Shown piece after piece: positions 44,669 to 53,998 of a stretch of 54,353 nt of DNA. How positions within the stretch are numbered: the first letter of the stretch is position 1; every line of letters starts with the position of its first letter. A program made the translations under genes and the position numbers. Source of the DNA: an uncultured virus (IMG/VR IMGVR_UViG_3300034082_002556) (taxonomy: Duplodnaviria > Heunggongvirae > Uroviricota > Caudoviricetes); IMG/VR virus record IMGVR_UViG_3300034082_002556; one strand, 5' to 3'. The notes under the pieces were generated by a model, which saw nothing but the letters and a program-made list of their open reading frames with translations, was not told the DNA's origin and searched no databases.

Positions 44669-46723
44669 TTACTTGCTTGTGGCTCTAAACACACCGTCCC
44701 AATCGCCGGGCAAGTTGGCCACACGCATTTCTGCAATACGTTCAACCCATAATTCGTAGTAATGGGTCATTTTTCCGTCAAATTCATCCTTGATGGTTTC
44801 AATCAAGGCAAGAGTCTTGTCCCACTGCTGTTTACGATAGTATTCTAACATCAAGTCGTGAATCTCTTTGGCATGATTCCATTTGGACATTTCCTCAGCG
44901 GTGGGATTGTAGAACACTGTGTATATGGTTACACCTTCTTTTTTGCCCTTGACTGCAATACAGTCTAGTTCAATTGTGAAATAATCAGTGCCCAATCGTT
45001 CAGCAGTGGCTGGGCCTAACACAATTAAAACTCCGTAATTTTTACTTTGTCCTTCGAGCCTACTAGCCAAGTTAACAGCGTCTCCAAGGCAGGTGTAATC
45101 AAACCTTTGTTCGCCGCCCATGTTGCCAACCACAACAACCCCAGTATTACAACCGATCCCAAGACCAAAAGGAGGCACGCCTTCTTCAGCAATTTCATCA
45201 TTAAATATTTTAACGGCATCCAACATCTCCAGTGCAGCCTTAACAGAATCTTTCGCATGTTTAGTATTATCTAACGGTGCGTTCCAAAATGACATTGTAG
45301 CATCACCGATGTATTTGTCAAGTGTGCCTTCGTTTTCAAGAATGACTTTGGTTACCACAGTCATATAACGATTCATGATTTTGGTTAGACCTTGTACATC
45401 TTTACCATAGTGTTCACTAATACTAGTAAAGCCACGCACATCGCTAAACTGAATTGTCAAGTCTTGTTCTGTTCCGCCTAGAACCAGTAAACTAGGATCC
45501 TTGACCAACTTGGCCACAAGATCTGGACTCAAGTAACTACCGAACTGTTTCTTGATCTGTTGCTTTTGCAAAAACTCACTCACAAACTTTACCATAAAGG
45601 CATGCAAAGCGACCAAGCCAATGCCAACTGCAAAGGCAGCACTATCGAATAAGAATAGGTAATGGCTATAAGCAAACATACTGCCAGCAATGACGCTGCC
45701 AATCGTAACCACAGTTGCCGCAATGCCCACATAAGTCCACCTCATTAAAAAGATTAATAAAATGCCAGCCAATGCAATGCTGACTATTTCTAGCTCATCG
45801 GCGTATCCAGGACGTTGAATTGATGTGCCACTCAACATTGTGCCTAACAAACTAGCCTGTAGTTCTTGTGGCCAAATTTCACCTCGACTGGTTGCAATTG
45901 GGTTTACAAGTCCTGCCGCACTCAGACCAACAATGACAATTTCGCCATTGAAGTCCTTGGGCAAATCAGCCAGACTATGTTGTGAGGGACGCTGGCTCCA
46001 ATCAATCCAAACACGGCTTAGCGGGTCCACTGTGATTTTGTTTAGCTTGGGAACCCTAAGTGCCTCTACACCCATGTCTGTGATTTTAACTTGTATCTTT
46101 GTGTCGCCTGCTGCCAGCCTCAAAGTTTCCAATGCCAAACTAGGATGTATAGTGTCTTGGCTCATGATCAACAAAGGCATACGTCGAACAACGCCGTCAA
46201 TCTCTGGGAATGTATTAACGACTCCAACACCGGCTGCACGTTCTTCTAGCATGGGAACGTTGGCAATGATACCAGGATACTCTACCAACGTGCCGTGTGC
46301 ATCTTGACCCACAACTTGAACAGCTGATCCAAATGTAGTGTTTTTACTTTTGGAACCAGCCACTTGAGGCAACACAGTGGCGTATTGTCCAAGAGCTTTG
46401 CTCAGTTGAACATCGCCACCAAATCTGTCAGACTCGGGCATGAGCACGTTAAACACAACCAATCCAGCATTGCGCTTGTAAAGATCTTCAATGATGGCAG
46501 CATAGGTTGTTCGCGGGAATGGAAATTGTCCATATTTGTCCAATGCCGCTTCGTCGATGTTTACTGTGTGTACTGGTATTTCTTTGGCAGGTTGGCTGGT
46601 AACCAATTGGTCAAAGTAGCGTAGTCTCACGCTTTCAACAAATGTAGGATCCCAGGCACGTACCAGCATCACTATTAACAAGGTGAGCAAGGCAGTCCAT
46701 GGGTTTAGTAATACTTTTTTCAT
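44669..46723 (-). CDS. CHASE2-domain class III adenylate cyclase
   Basis: IDE...FPFPR, DGVVRRMPL, three TMs, FSDVRGFT, DKYIGD, YTCLGDAVNLASRLE. Confidence 0.93.
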   Translation of the reverse strand: MKKVLLNPWTALLTLLIVMLVRAWDPTFVESVRLRYFDQLVTSQPAKEIPVHTVNIDEAALDKYGQFPFPRTTYAAIIEDLYKRNAGLVVFNVLMPESDRFGGDVQLSKALGQYATVLPQVAGSKSKNTTFGSAVQVVGQDAHGTLVEYPGIIANVPMLEERAAGVGVVNTFPEIDGVVRRMPLLIMSQDTIHPSLALETLRLAAGDTKIQVKITDMGVEALRVPKLNKITVDPLSRVWIDWSQRPSQHSLADLPKDFNGEIVIVGLSAAGLVNPIATSRGEIWPQELQASLLGTMLSGTSIQRPGYADELEIVSIALAGILLIFLMRWTYVGIAATVVTIGSVIAGSMFAYSHYLFLFDSAAFAVGIGLVALHAFMVKFVSEFLQKQQIKKQFGSYLSPDLVAKLVKDPSLLVLGGTEQDLTIQFSDVRGFTSISEHYGKDVQGLTKIMNRYMTVVTKVILENEGTLDKYIGDATMSFWNAPLDNTKHAKDSVKAALEMLDAVKIFNDEIAEEGVPPFGLGIGCNTGVVVVGNMGGEQRFDYTCLGDAVNLASRLEGQSKNYGVLIVLGPATAERLGTDYFTIELDCIAVKGKKEGVTIYTVFYNPTAEEMSKWNHAKEIHDLMLEYYRKQQWDKTLALIETIKDEFDGKMTHYYELWVERIAEMRVANLPGDWDGVFRATSK

Positions 46724-46751
46724 ATAATATTTACCTGGTATAAATTTGAAG

Positions 46752-46982
46752 TCACCCGGAAGTTTTAACTACTTCCAGTATGGTAATTTCTAATACTCTA
46801 TGCTTGCGATAATGCATAAAATTTTTGAACTTGGCTTCTATGTCCCGTTGAATGTATTCGTCATGGTAGGGCATGGTGGCCGTGTCTTCGTAAGGCTCGT
46901 CGTTTTCGTTTAACGCTATGAAGCTGAGCTTGACTGTGCCTTGTTCTGGCTCTTTAAACATTTTAACAAGTTTACTGAGCAT
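46752..46982 (-). CDS. hypothetical protein
   Basis: 76 aa from ATG 46982. Confidence 0.6.
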   Translation of the reverse strand: MLSKLVKMFKEPEQGTVKLSFIALNENDEPYEDTATMPYHDEYIQRDIEAKFKNFMHYRKHRVLEITILEVVKTSG

Positions 46983-46990
46983 AAGAATAG

Positions 46991-48382
46991 TTATTGTCCT
47001 TGTGTTACACTCACACTGCATCCCGAAAGTGTGGCACACTGTTGTGTAATGTTGATGTTTTGTGCTGTGGCACCCTGCTGAACAAGTGTGACATTACTAG
47101 CACCACCTGCATTGGTCAAATTAATTGTGGCTTTGTGACTGCCAGCATCCTTTTGATTGGCACTGACATTATGTCCGTTACCTGTTAAACTTAGATCAAG
47201 GAAACTTCCTGTACCCTGTTGTGAGATATCAAATATGTTGGTACTGCCGTTAATAATACCAAAGAATGTTTTCTCGCCGTTGCCTGTTTGTTTTAGTGTT
47301 CCGTTGTTGTTATTTCCTGTAACATCAACATAGGCAAAGTGCCCACTAGTGGAGCCGCCATCGTTGGCTTGTTTTAGGCTCAATGTGTTGGTACTGCCGC
47401 TGATGTTTAGACCCATATAATGCCCGCCGCTCTCGCTAGCATCTTGTAGGCCTGTTGTAGGATTACGTGCTTGCCAGAGTGAGATATTGTTTGTATTGCC
47501 TGCGATGTTAAATTCAATCAAGTTCTTGCCCAATGTGTCGCCTTGCTTGATGTTGATAGTATTGCTGTCACCATTGATAACAGCATAGTTGGTGCCACCT
47601 AGTCCTGCAATTTTGTTATAGTTACCAGTTTGTTCAACAGTTACAGAGTTACTACTGCTACCAATTTTTTGATCAATGTAAACGCTGTTACCTATTGTAA
47701 GATTATTATCTCTTGTTTTGGCAGCATTTCGTTGTGTAATCTGTGATGCAGTTATGTCACTATTCTCTGGCCAGGTGGGTGCGGCAGTACCCCCACCTCC
47801 TCCAGAGGATGCTGTTTGTCCAGCAGCCAAAGGCGTTGAACTAGGTGGTGTATATGCTTGTAATTGTGCATTTGATGGATATTCTTGTGTTACAGCCCAA
47901 CTACCACTGCTACCGTTGGTGTATCCTTGTCCGGTAGTGATAAGTGTTCCCCACATCCCATTTCCATTGTAGAATATAGCGCCATTGGCTAATGCTCTGA
48001 ACGATCCTGTATTGTTGATTATTTTATATTTTGTACCATCACTGTTAAACACAGCCATGCCATATGTCCCAGGATTGGTTGTGCTAGCAAAGAATCCAAT
48101 ATATCTTCCGTTACTACCGGCATCAGCAGTTTGCGCCGCCGTCCATCTTGCCGCGCTGGCTGTTTGTGTGGAATAATTTATAGATGCATAGATGTAGTTA
48201 AACCCGCTGGCATATAACGTACCTCCCGATACATACCACTGTACATCAAATATCTGTGCTGTACTAAGTTTTAAGTCTGTAATTGCGGCCTGCGAGCATT
48301 TGGAAATACTCATTAGAAATACTGCAACAATTAACCATGCCCAGTATTTTGGTCTTGCTGAATAAAAAATATTTTTAATCAT
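46991..48382 (-). CDS. secreted protein with C-terminal curlin-like repeats
   Basis: Signal-like N-terminus, Gly linker, repeated Q.G..N / I.G..N...I.Q units. Confidence 0.7.
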   Translation of the reverse strand: MIKNIFYSARPKYWAWLIVAVFLMSISKCSQAAITDLKLSTAQIFDVQWYVSGGTLYASGFNYIYASINYSTQTASAARWTAAQTADAGSNGRYIGFFASTTNPGTYGMAVFNSDGTKYKIINNTGSFRALANGAIFYNGNGMWGTLITTGQGYTNGSSGSWAVTQEYPSNAQLQAYTPPSSTPLAAGQTASSGGGGGTAAPTWPENSDITASQITQRNAAKTRDNNLTIGNSVYIDQKIGSSSNSVTVEQTGNYNKIAGLGGTNYAVINGDSNTINIKQGDTLGKNLIEFNIAGNTNNISLWQARNPTTGLQDASESGGHYMGLNISGSTNTLSLKQANDGGSTSGHFAYVDVTGNNNNGTLKQTGNGEKTFFGIINGSTNIFDISQQGTGSFLDLSLTGNGHNVSANQKDAGSHKATINLTNAGGASNVTLVQQGATAQNINITQQCATLSGCSVSVTQGQ

Positions 48383-49551
48383 CTGTAGTTCTGATTGATA
48401 ACAATCTGTCCTATAGTTTTTCCTGTGCCAAAGTTGTAACTGGTAGTCTGCATATCTTGTGTGACAATAACTTGCACTTTGGTATCTAGTGGTATAATAA
48501 CGTTGGTATAGTTTCGGCTATTAGGACTTAGACTCTCATACAACCATCCAACTTGTTGTGTTTCACTTTGATCTTTGAATAGTTTTTTAACATAGGGATT
48601 ATCAGTGTCGCTCAAAGAAGCCACAGCATTGGCTAAAGCGTCTTTATTTCCGGGAGTATCAACGCCAACTTTGGTTCCTTTAGCAGTGTCTTCGTCATCT
48701 TCGTTGGCACTACGACCTTGTTTGTAAGATCTATTACCACCACCACCTTCTTGCTTGCCTGCTACTTGTTGCTTCTCTTGATCCTTGGCATCATCTTTTT
48801 CATCTCGCTTGTCTCTATTATCAGAGCGTTTAGCATCACCTGTAGCCACGGCAGCGGCACGAGCAGCGGCAATGACATTTACTCCGGTAGTTGTTTGTGG
48901 AGGACTGACCATCAAGTTGTTGCCAATGGCCATGCCATTAAGGGCTACAATAACAGCAGGGCTTGGCATGCCGTTTAGTGTTTCAACTAGAGTGGCTTGA
49001 TAAGGACGGTTTAGTTTAACTATGCCTGCTGGTGTTTCTACATCGATAGCACCGCTACCACAGCTAAGACCTTTCAAGTTGATGTTTTGTTCAATTTCGC
49101 AAGTGGGCATCAGCATGATCATACTGGCACCTGTTTCGCTTACTGCCATGACAAAGTCAGTACCGCGAACAGCAATGGCTGCTGTGGGTGTGTTGATTTT
49201 TACGTTTTTGGGATCTTTGGCAATGCTACCTGATACGTAGCGAACTGTGCCTGCGGCTGCCTTGAGTCCCAGCTTACCGGCACCGCTTTTGGGATCATAA
49301 ACAAAATCATCAATAACAAGGCTACTCGACTCAGTAACAGTGACATTTGTATCGTCTTTAAAAACAATCTTGACTCGACCGTTTTTAGTTTCAACTCGGT
49401 CATTGGTTTTGATTTCTGTGCCTTTTGCAATTTGAATTGTATCTTTACCGCGTTTGATGATAGCAGTGCCAGAGGCTTCTGTAACAGAGCCAATGTCCGC
49501 CCATGCTGAACTGGCTATTAGTAAGCCCGCGATAAGAGAGGCAACTCTCAT
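48379..49551 (-). CDS. FecR-domain periplasmic protein
   Basis: Signal peptide, DRVET..G.VKIVFKDDT, TPTAAIAVRGTDF. Confidence 0.88.
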   Translation of the reverse strand: MRVASLIAGLLIASSAWADIGSVTEASGTAIIKRGKDTIQIAKGTEIKTNDRVETKNGRVKIVFKDDTNVTVTESSSLVIDDFVYDPKSGAGKLGLKAAAGTVRYVSGSIAKDPKNVKINTPTAAIAVRGTDFVMAVSETGASMIMLMPTCEIEQNINLKGLSCGSGAIDVETPAGIVKLNRPYQATLVETLNGMPSPAVIVALNGMAIGNNLMVSPPQTTTGVNVIAAARAAAVATGDAKRSDNRDKRDEKDDAKDQEKQQVAGKQEGGGGNRSYKQGRSANEDDEDTAKGTKVGVDTPGNKDALANAVASLSDTDNPYVKKLFKDQSETQQVGWLYESLSPNSRNYTNVIIPLDTKVQVIVTQDMQTTSYNFGTGKTIGQIVINQNYR

Positions 49552-49560
49552 TGTTGCCCC

Positions 49561-50349
49561 TTAGTTCTTCTGCGTTATATTAAACATGCCTGAATTAGAC
49601 ACGCTCTTGATATTGATAACATTGTCAATAGTACCAGTCTGGCTCATTGTAAATGTGTTGCTATTACCTGCAACATCAACCCAGATGCTAGAACCAGTAG
49701 CACCTGTTGAACGTTGATTGATATCAAATGTGTTAGTATCACCAACTACTTTGATAGTTTGACTGTGCTTGTCACCGATTGCATCAATTCGAAAAAGGTT
49801 GCTGTTACCAGTTACATCAACTGCACTTTTTAGATCAGCACCTGTACCACGGAATTGTAGATCATTGCTGTTACCGGTGAACTTCCAGTTTAGGTCAGCA
49901 GCATTACAGCCTGTTAGGGCTGTTCCACCTGTTGAAGCTGTGCCGTATCCACAGGCTGCATCAACTCGATTGCTATCACCAATCTGTTGAATGGTGACAT
50001 TAACTCCTTTACCAGAGCCTGTTGTATCATTGACTGCTTCTAGACTGATGTCATTGTTAACACCAATTTGGCGAGTAACGATTTTTTGATCAATGCCGCG
50101 TAGGTACACAGGTCTGCCGCCAGATCCAGCTTTGTTACCTGTACCATCTTGTGTCATGTTGACGTTGGGATTGTCACCGCTTTGGTCAATAAAGATACGG
50201 TTAGTTGTGGCAATGGCCAGTGCGGCTGTTGCGTTAGGACTAACTGTAGCCATGTTTGGAATCACCGGCGCACTTGGTGCTGTGACCGCAGTCTGTGCCA
50301 TTGCAGGTAATGATACTGCTAGTAAAATTGCTAATATTGTTTTTTTCAT
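49561..50349 (-). CDS. curlin-like secreted protein
   Basis: Signal peptide; QSGDN, QDGTGN, QIGVNN, QIGDSN, GNSN repeats. Confidence 0.7.
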   Translation of the reverse strand: MKKTILAILLAVSLPAMAQTAVTAPSAPVIPNMATVSPNATAALAIATTNRIFIDQSGDNPNVNMTQDGTGNKAGSGGRPVYLRGIDQKIVTRQIGVNNDISLEAVNDTTGSGKGVNVTIQQIGDSNRVDAACGYGTASTGGTALTGCNAADLNWKFTGNSNDLQFRGTGADLKSAVDVTGNSNLFRIDAIGDKHSQTIKVVGDTNTFDINQRSTGATGSSIWVDVAGNSNTFTMSQTGTIDNVINIKSVSNSGMFNITQKN

Positions 50350-50379
50350 TTTTGTTCTCCCGGTTTTTTACCGATGTTA

Positions 50380-51318
50380 TTATTTCCAGAACTGTAGTCT
50401 GGACCAGACACTTTTTTCTTTGCTTCCTTCATCACGCTTTGCGATATCGGACTGTAGTGGAGTGGATGGAGCTTTGGCAGCTCCTTCACGTGGGGTTTCC
50501 TTTTGAACCAACTCATTAGATTTCTCCTTGAATTTCCATAGGCCCGTGCGTTCACCTTTGTTAATCAATTCAATTACTGCTGTTTCAATTGCTGAACGTA
50601 GAGCGTAGTTGCCTGGCTCGTTGAATGTTTGACTTGAGTCAAACTCAAATGCTCGTGTTGCCTGGTTGAAAAATTTCAACGCAGTAGTGCCATCAGCAGT
50701 ACTGAGCAAGTTCTTTTCCACTGTAACAGTGGTTAATACTTCCCCAGTTTGTACACTTACCAAACGTAGGCTGATAACAACCACGTCTTGAGTGTAGGCA
50801 GTTTGTGCGCCGATACCCAACCAACGTGCTCCAGTGCCACCTGTTAGGGTATTGCTGTTGTAATCAATAATGCCACCTTCTAGAATAACACCTGCCATTT
50901 GTAGTGGAGGTAACATCTTGGCATTTGCGCCTTCGTAGATCTCACGTGTCTGTTTGATCATCTGACGTTCTTTTAACAAGTTGTCTAGGCCAACACGTTC
51001 AACAACTGTGAACCATTGACGATTGCCGACTTCTTGAAGACTCTTCATCAAGTATGCTTCAGCACCTTGTGTAACTGCTGTTGAGAACAAGCTCAACGTT
51101 GAACTTGGTTTACGTTGTCCCGTCAGATCTTTGAAACCATATACAGCCACTGTTACTGCTGGACCTGCCGGTGCTGGTATGTTGGCAAAACTTTTGTTGA
51201 TTGTTTCGCTGACACGAGCTTCTTCTTTGATCTTCGTATCTCCCCAAGGACGTACTGTTGAGCAACCTGCCAAGGCTACAACTGCTAGAGCGATCAAGGA
51301 TAATTTAATTGTTTTCAT
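50380..51318 (-). CDS. csgG: curli secretion channel CsgG homolog (lipoprotein)
   Basis: Lipobox LAGC; VAVYGFKDLTGQRKP, STAVTQGA, VVERVGLDNLLKERQ. Confidence 0.92.
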   Translation of the reverse strand: MKTIKLSLIALAVVALAGCSTVRPWGDTKIKEEARVSETINKSFANIPAPAGPAVTVAVYGFKDLTGQRKPSSTLSLFSTAVTQGAEAYLMKSLQEVGNRQWFTVVERVGLDNLLKERQMIKQTREIYEGANAKMLPPLQMAGVILEGGIIDYNSNTLTGGTGARWLGIGAQTAYTQDVVVISLRLVSVQTGEVLTTVTVEKNLLSTADGTTALKFFNQATRAFEFDSSQTFNEPGNYALRSAIETAVIELINKGERTGLWKFKEKSNELVQKETPREGAAKAPSTPLQSDIAKRDEGSKEKSVWSRLQFWK

Positions 51319-51327
51319 TTTTTCTCC

Positions 51328-51801
51328 TTAAAAACCAAAACTAGCAATTGGAACTGTAACAGTGGTCACAGTGCCCTTGGCATCTACCACTGTTAATGTA
51401 ACTCGGTCATTGGCTTTGACCCAGGTTACTGTATTGTTGTCTAATTTAAACGTTCCTGTAGTGGGATTTACACAACCGGGAATTGCTGAACCATCTGCGG
51501 CTGCACAACGATTTTGAAATAAGTTGTTGCTTAACTGTGTAGCCAGTTGGGCATATACTTGGCTTTGGAATAGACTCATGAATCTATTCAACGGTGTGTT
51601 TAGTAAGTCGGCTTCGGCTTTGGCGATGGCGGCTTTTTTGTCTGCTTCGATAGCATCACGTCGTGACTTTTCTATTGAATCAATGGTCAATACGTGACTG
51701 CTAAATCCAATTCCGCTAAAGGCCGGATTTTTAAACTGATGAACAAGCTCGGAGTGAGCAACAATCGGGCACAGTAACAAAACCATTAGGATTTTTTTCA
51801 T
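51328..51801 (-). CDS. csgF: curli assembly component CsgF homolog
   Basis: Signal peptide then ELVHQFKNPAFSG; FMSLFQSQVYAQL; directly upstream of csgG. Confidence 0.8.
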   Translation of the reverse strand: MKKILMVLLLCPIVAHSELVHQFKNPAFSGIGFSSHVLTIDSIEKSRRDAIEADKKAAIAKAEADLLNTPLNRFMSLFQSQVYAQLATQLSNNLFQNRCAAADGSAIPGCVNPTTGTFKLDNNTVTWVKANDRVTLTVVDAKGTVTTVTVPIASFGF

Positions 51802-51827
51802 TATTAGTATACTCCTAGTATTACTAA

Positions 51828-51833
51828 TATTTA
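51828..51833 (-). promoter_or_regulatory. putative late promoter (TAAATA)
   Basis: TAA(A/G)TA recurs just upstream of many genes lacking sigma70 motifs. Confidence 0.55.
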
Positions 51834-51869
51834 CTTAAACTAATGTAAAACTTCTGTGCAGAGTTTAAT

Positions 51870-52238
51870 CTAGAACAAGATCCAAGCCGCCAGGCCAAGA
51901 TATGTAAGTTGGTGCGCTAGTTGATCTAGGCCGAATTGATTCCAAAATAAAGGTTTGGTTTGATCCTTGATACCAAAATGAACCTTGGCCCAATCAATAT
52001 GATAATGTATCACACCCTCAATCACAGTGACCAACAAGATGGTTCCAGCGGGTACAGGATGCACCAGGCTGAATATCAGTAGCACAACCAAGCTGGTCCA
52101 TACATGGTCTAGACTGTGGCTAATCCCACAAAGATCACGATAGATTCCCTTGCGCACAGTTTGGGCATAAGTTTGTATCACAAAGTCAGCATAGTAGTGC
52201 TTGACTTGCAACAGGCATAATAGTATTAGGATTTCCAT
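51870..52238 (-). CDS. DUF3307-like membrane protein
   Basis: HYYADFVIQT, HYHIDWAK, GLDQLAHQL. Confidence 0.85.
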   Translation of the reverse strand: MEILILLCLLQVKHYYADFVIQTYAQTVRKGIYRDLCGISHSLDHVWTSLVVLLIFSLVHPVPAGTILLVTVIEGVIHYHIDWAKVHFGIKDQTKPLFWNQFGLDQLAHQLTYLGLAAWILF

Positions 52239-52281
52239 GCAGTAATTTATTTAACCATATAGAATAATACTTATAGATTTT

Positions 52282-52452
52282 TCACAAGGTATTCTGAGCA
52301 AGATTGCGCAGTTTTTCAAGCTCATCGGCAGCTTCCTCCAGCAGATCGGCAATTCTGTCGGGTTTGCCCTCAACAACAGATTTTCTGCCAGGAATTTGTC
52401 TGCGTATTTCAGCTCGTTTACGAAGACGATATACTAGATCTTGGTTCTCCAT
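52282..52452 (-). CDS. small hypothetical protein (56 aa, not in ORF track)
   Basis: MENQDLVYRLRKRAEIRRQIPGRKSVVEGKPDRIADLLEEAADELEKLR... Confidence 0.7.
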   Translation of the reverse strand: MENQDLVYRLRKRAEIRRQIPGRKSVVEGKPDRIADLLEEAADELEKLRNLAQNTL

Positions 52453-52572
52453 TTATTCTTCCTTGATCTCAACCACATGATATTCTGACTTGGGATAATT
52501 GCCCCATAACCATTCCAACAAGTCTTGACTATACGGTAACTTGATAGATTTAAATTTGTTGGTAATATACAT
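52453..52572 (-). CDS. small hypothetical protein (39 aa, not in ORF track)
   Basis: MYITNKFKSIKLPYSQDLLEWLWGNYPKSEYHVVEIKEE, coupled to both neighbours. Confidence 0.6.
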   Translation of the reverse strand: MYITNKFKSIKLPYSQDLLEWLWGNYPKSEYHVVEIKEE

Positions 52573-52754
52573 TATTTCTCTCTGTCCAGCTGAATTAACA
52601 CATCACGTTCTTGTTGGTCAATGTCACTAAGTGACTGCTCTAGAGTTTTACCAACAATGCCCACATATTGCACATTGTCATGCCAGTGTGAGTACAATGC
52701 AACTGCATCTCGCATGCCTTGATGATAGGCCTTGCACAGCAAAGCTTTGTCCAT
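52572..52754 (-). CDS. hypothetical protein
   Basis: 60 aa from ATG 52754. Confidence 0.6.
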   Translation of the reverse strand: MDKALLCKAYHQGMRDAVALYSHWHDNVQYVGIVGKTLEQSLSDIDQQERDVLIQLDREK

Positions 52755-52755
52755 C

Positions 52756-53301
52756 TTAGTGATGACCTTTGACTTTGCCTTTGATCGCATCGGCAATGGC
52801 ATCCTCCATGGTAATAGCAATCATTCCAGTTGCATCCATGCCCATGTCGCGACATCGAAATTGTTCCATTCCACTCTCGCCACCATGCAAGTGACCGTGC
52901 AAGTGAACAGCACCCCTGTGCATTTGGTCCCACTCAGCAATGGGGTAGTGGAACATCACAACCTTTGTTCCATTATAGTTGATGTCTAGGTACTTGTGTA
53001 CTTCTAGGAAACATCTTCGGAAAGTGGGATCATTGAGTATCTTGCGATCATGGTTGCCTTCGATCAATATTTTTGTGCCATTGCAACGATTCATGTACTC
53101 TGCTGCTTTTTGTGCAGGCAAGAAAGCCACATCGCCGAGTATGTAAACTTTATCTTCAGGTGCAATCAAGTCGTTCCATTCCTTGATCATTGCCTCGTTC
53201 ATGTAGTTTACATCATTGCGAAACCGAGCACGTGACACTGAACAAAAACTCATGATGTTGGTATGTCCAAAATGCAAATCGCTGGTTACGAATGTTTTCA
53301 T
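52756..53301 (-). CDS. calcineurin-like metallophosphoesterase
   Basis: SDLHFGH, LGD, GNHD, HYP, HGHLH. Confidence 0.92.
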   Translation of the reverse strand: MKTFVTSDLHFGHTNIMSFCSVSRARFRNDVNYMNEAMIKEWNDLIAPEDKVYILGDVAFLPAQKAAEYMNRCNGTKILIEGNHDRKILNDPTFRRCFLEVHKYLDINYNGTKVVMFHYPIAEWDQMHRGAVHLHGHLHGGESGMEQFRCRDMGMDATGMIAITMEDAIADAIKGKVKGHH

Positions 53302-53307
53302 AGTTGT

Positions 53308-53336
53308 ATTATACACTTAACTGAATACTTTGTCAA
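53308..53336 (-). promoter_or_regulatory. sigma70-type promoter (leaderless transcript)
   Basis: TTGACA-17-TATAAT, ATG 6 nt later. Confidence 0.85.
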
Positions 53337-53342
53337 CAGTAT

Positions 53343-53807
53343 TCAAACATGCCAAATCTCATGAAATCCTTCTTCCAGAGTTGGCATTTCAAAATTCCAT
53401 ACCATGTCATGTAACACATGTTCTGGAATGACTTTTCCAGGGCGTGTTTTTAGTCTGCGCTGGTGTTCTTGCTCATCCGGTGTTTGGAACACTATAGCAA
53501 TTGCGTAATAGTCAGGCAACATGCGGAACTTGCGAGTACGACTTGCAAGAGTAGTGCTGGTCTGATCCCAGATAATATCCTTGCCTGCATCACGTGCACC
53601 ATTTACGGCACCTGCCATTCTTGCAACAGCCACAGGCATGTATTCCTCAAACACTTCAGAATAGGTTTTACCAACATTCTCGGCCCACTCTTCAACATAC
53701 TTATCGGTTGAAATGTACGCACAGTCTCTAAACCAGTCTTGATTTTTTGCCCAGGTGGTTTTACCCGATCCGGGTACACCAATCAACATGTATAGTTTAT
53801 TTTTCAT
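53343..53807 (-). CDS. P-loop kinase (AAA_33 / polynucleotide-kinase-like)
   Basis: GVPGSGKTT, ISTD, IWDQT, R...R. Confidence 0.88.
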   Translation of the reverse strand: MKNKLYMLIGVPGSGKTTWAKNQDWFRDCAYISTDKYVEEWAENVGKTYSEVFEEYMPVAVARMAGAVNGARDAGKDIIWDQTSTTLASRTRKFRMLPDYYAIAIVFQTPDEQEHQRRLKTRPGKVIPEHVLHDMVWNFEMPTLEEGFHEIWHV

Positions 53808-53822
53808 TTTTTTTACCAACGC

Positions 53823-53914
53823 TGGTACCTCCGCCGGGACTCGAACCCAGATGAACCAATTATCTGTTGCTTACGGGATATAAATCCGCCGTTTTACCAT
53901 TAAACTACAGAGGC
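53823..53914 (-). tRNA. tRNA with TAT anticodon and long variable arm
   Basis: Acceptor, D and T arms, CCA; loop TT-TAT-AT; ~20-nt V region. Confidence 0.75.
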
Positions 53915-53919
53915 ATTAT

Positions 53920-53995
53920 TGGTTGCGGGGCTTGGATTTGAACCAAGGATGGCAAAGGCTTATGAGACCTCGCTGGTGACCGGACCCTCCCCGCG
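53920..53995 (-). tRNA. tRNA-fMet-like (CAT)
   Basis: C1.A72 mismatch, CGCGGGG start, TTCAAAT loop, CCA; reduced D arm. Confidence 0.82.
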
Positions 53996-53998
53996 ATA

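Noticed and set aside
53823..53914. Ochre suppressor tRNA (UUA) implying recoding
   Set aside because: Shifting the loop to UUA breaks the anticodon stem, and genes end normally at TAA, TAG and TGA
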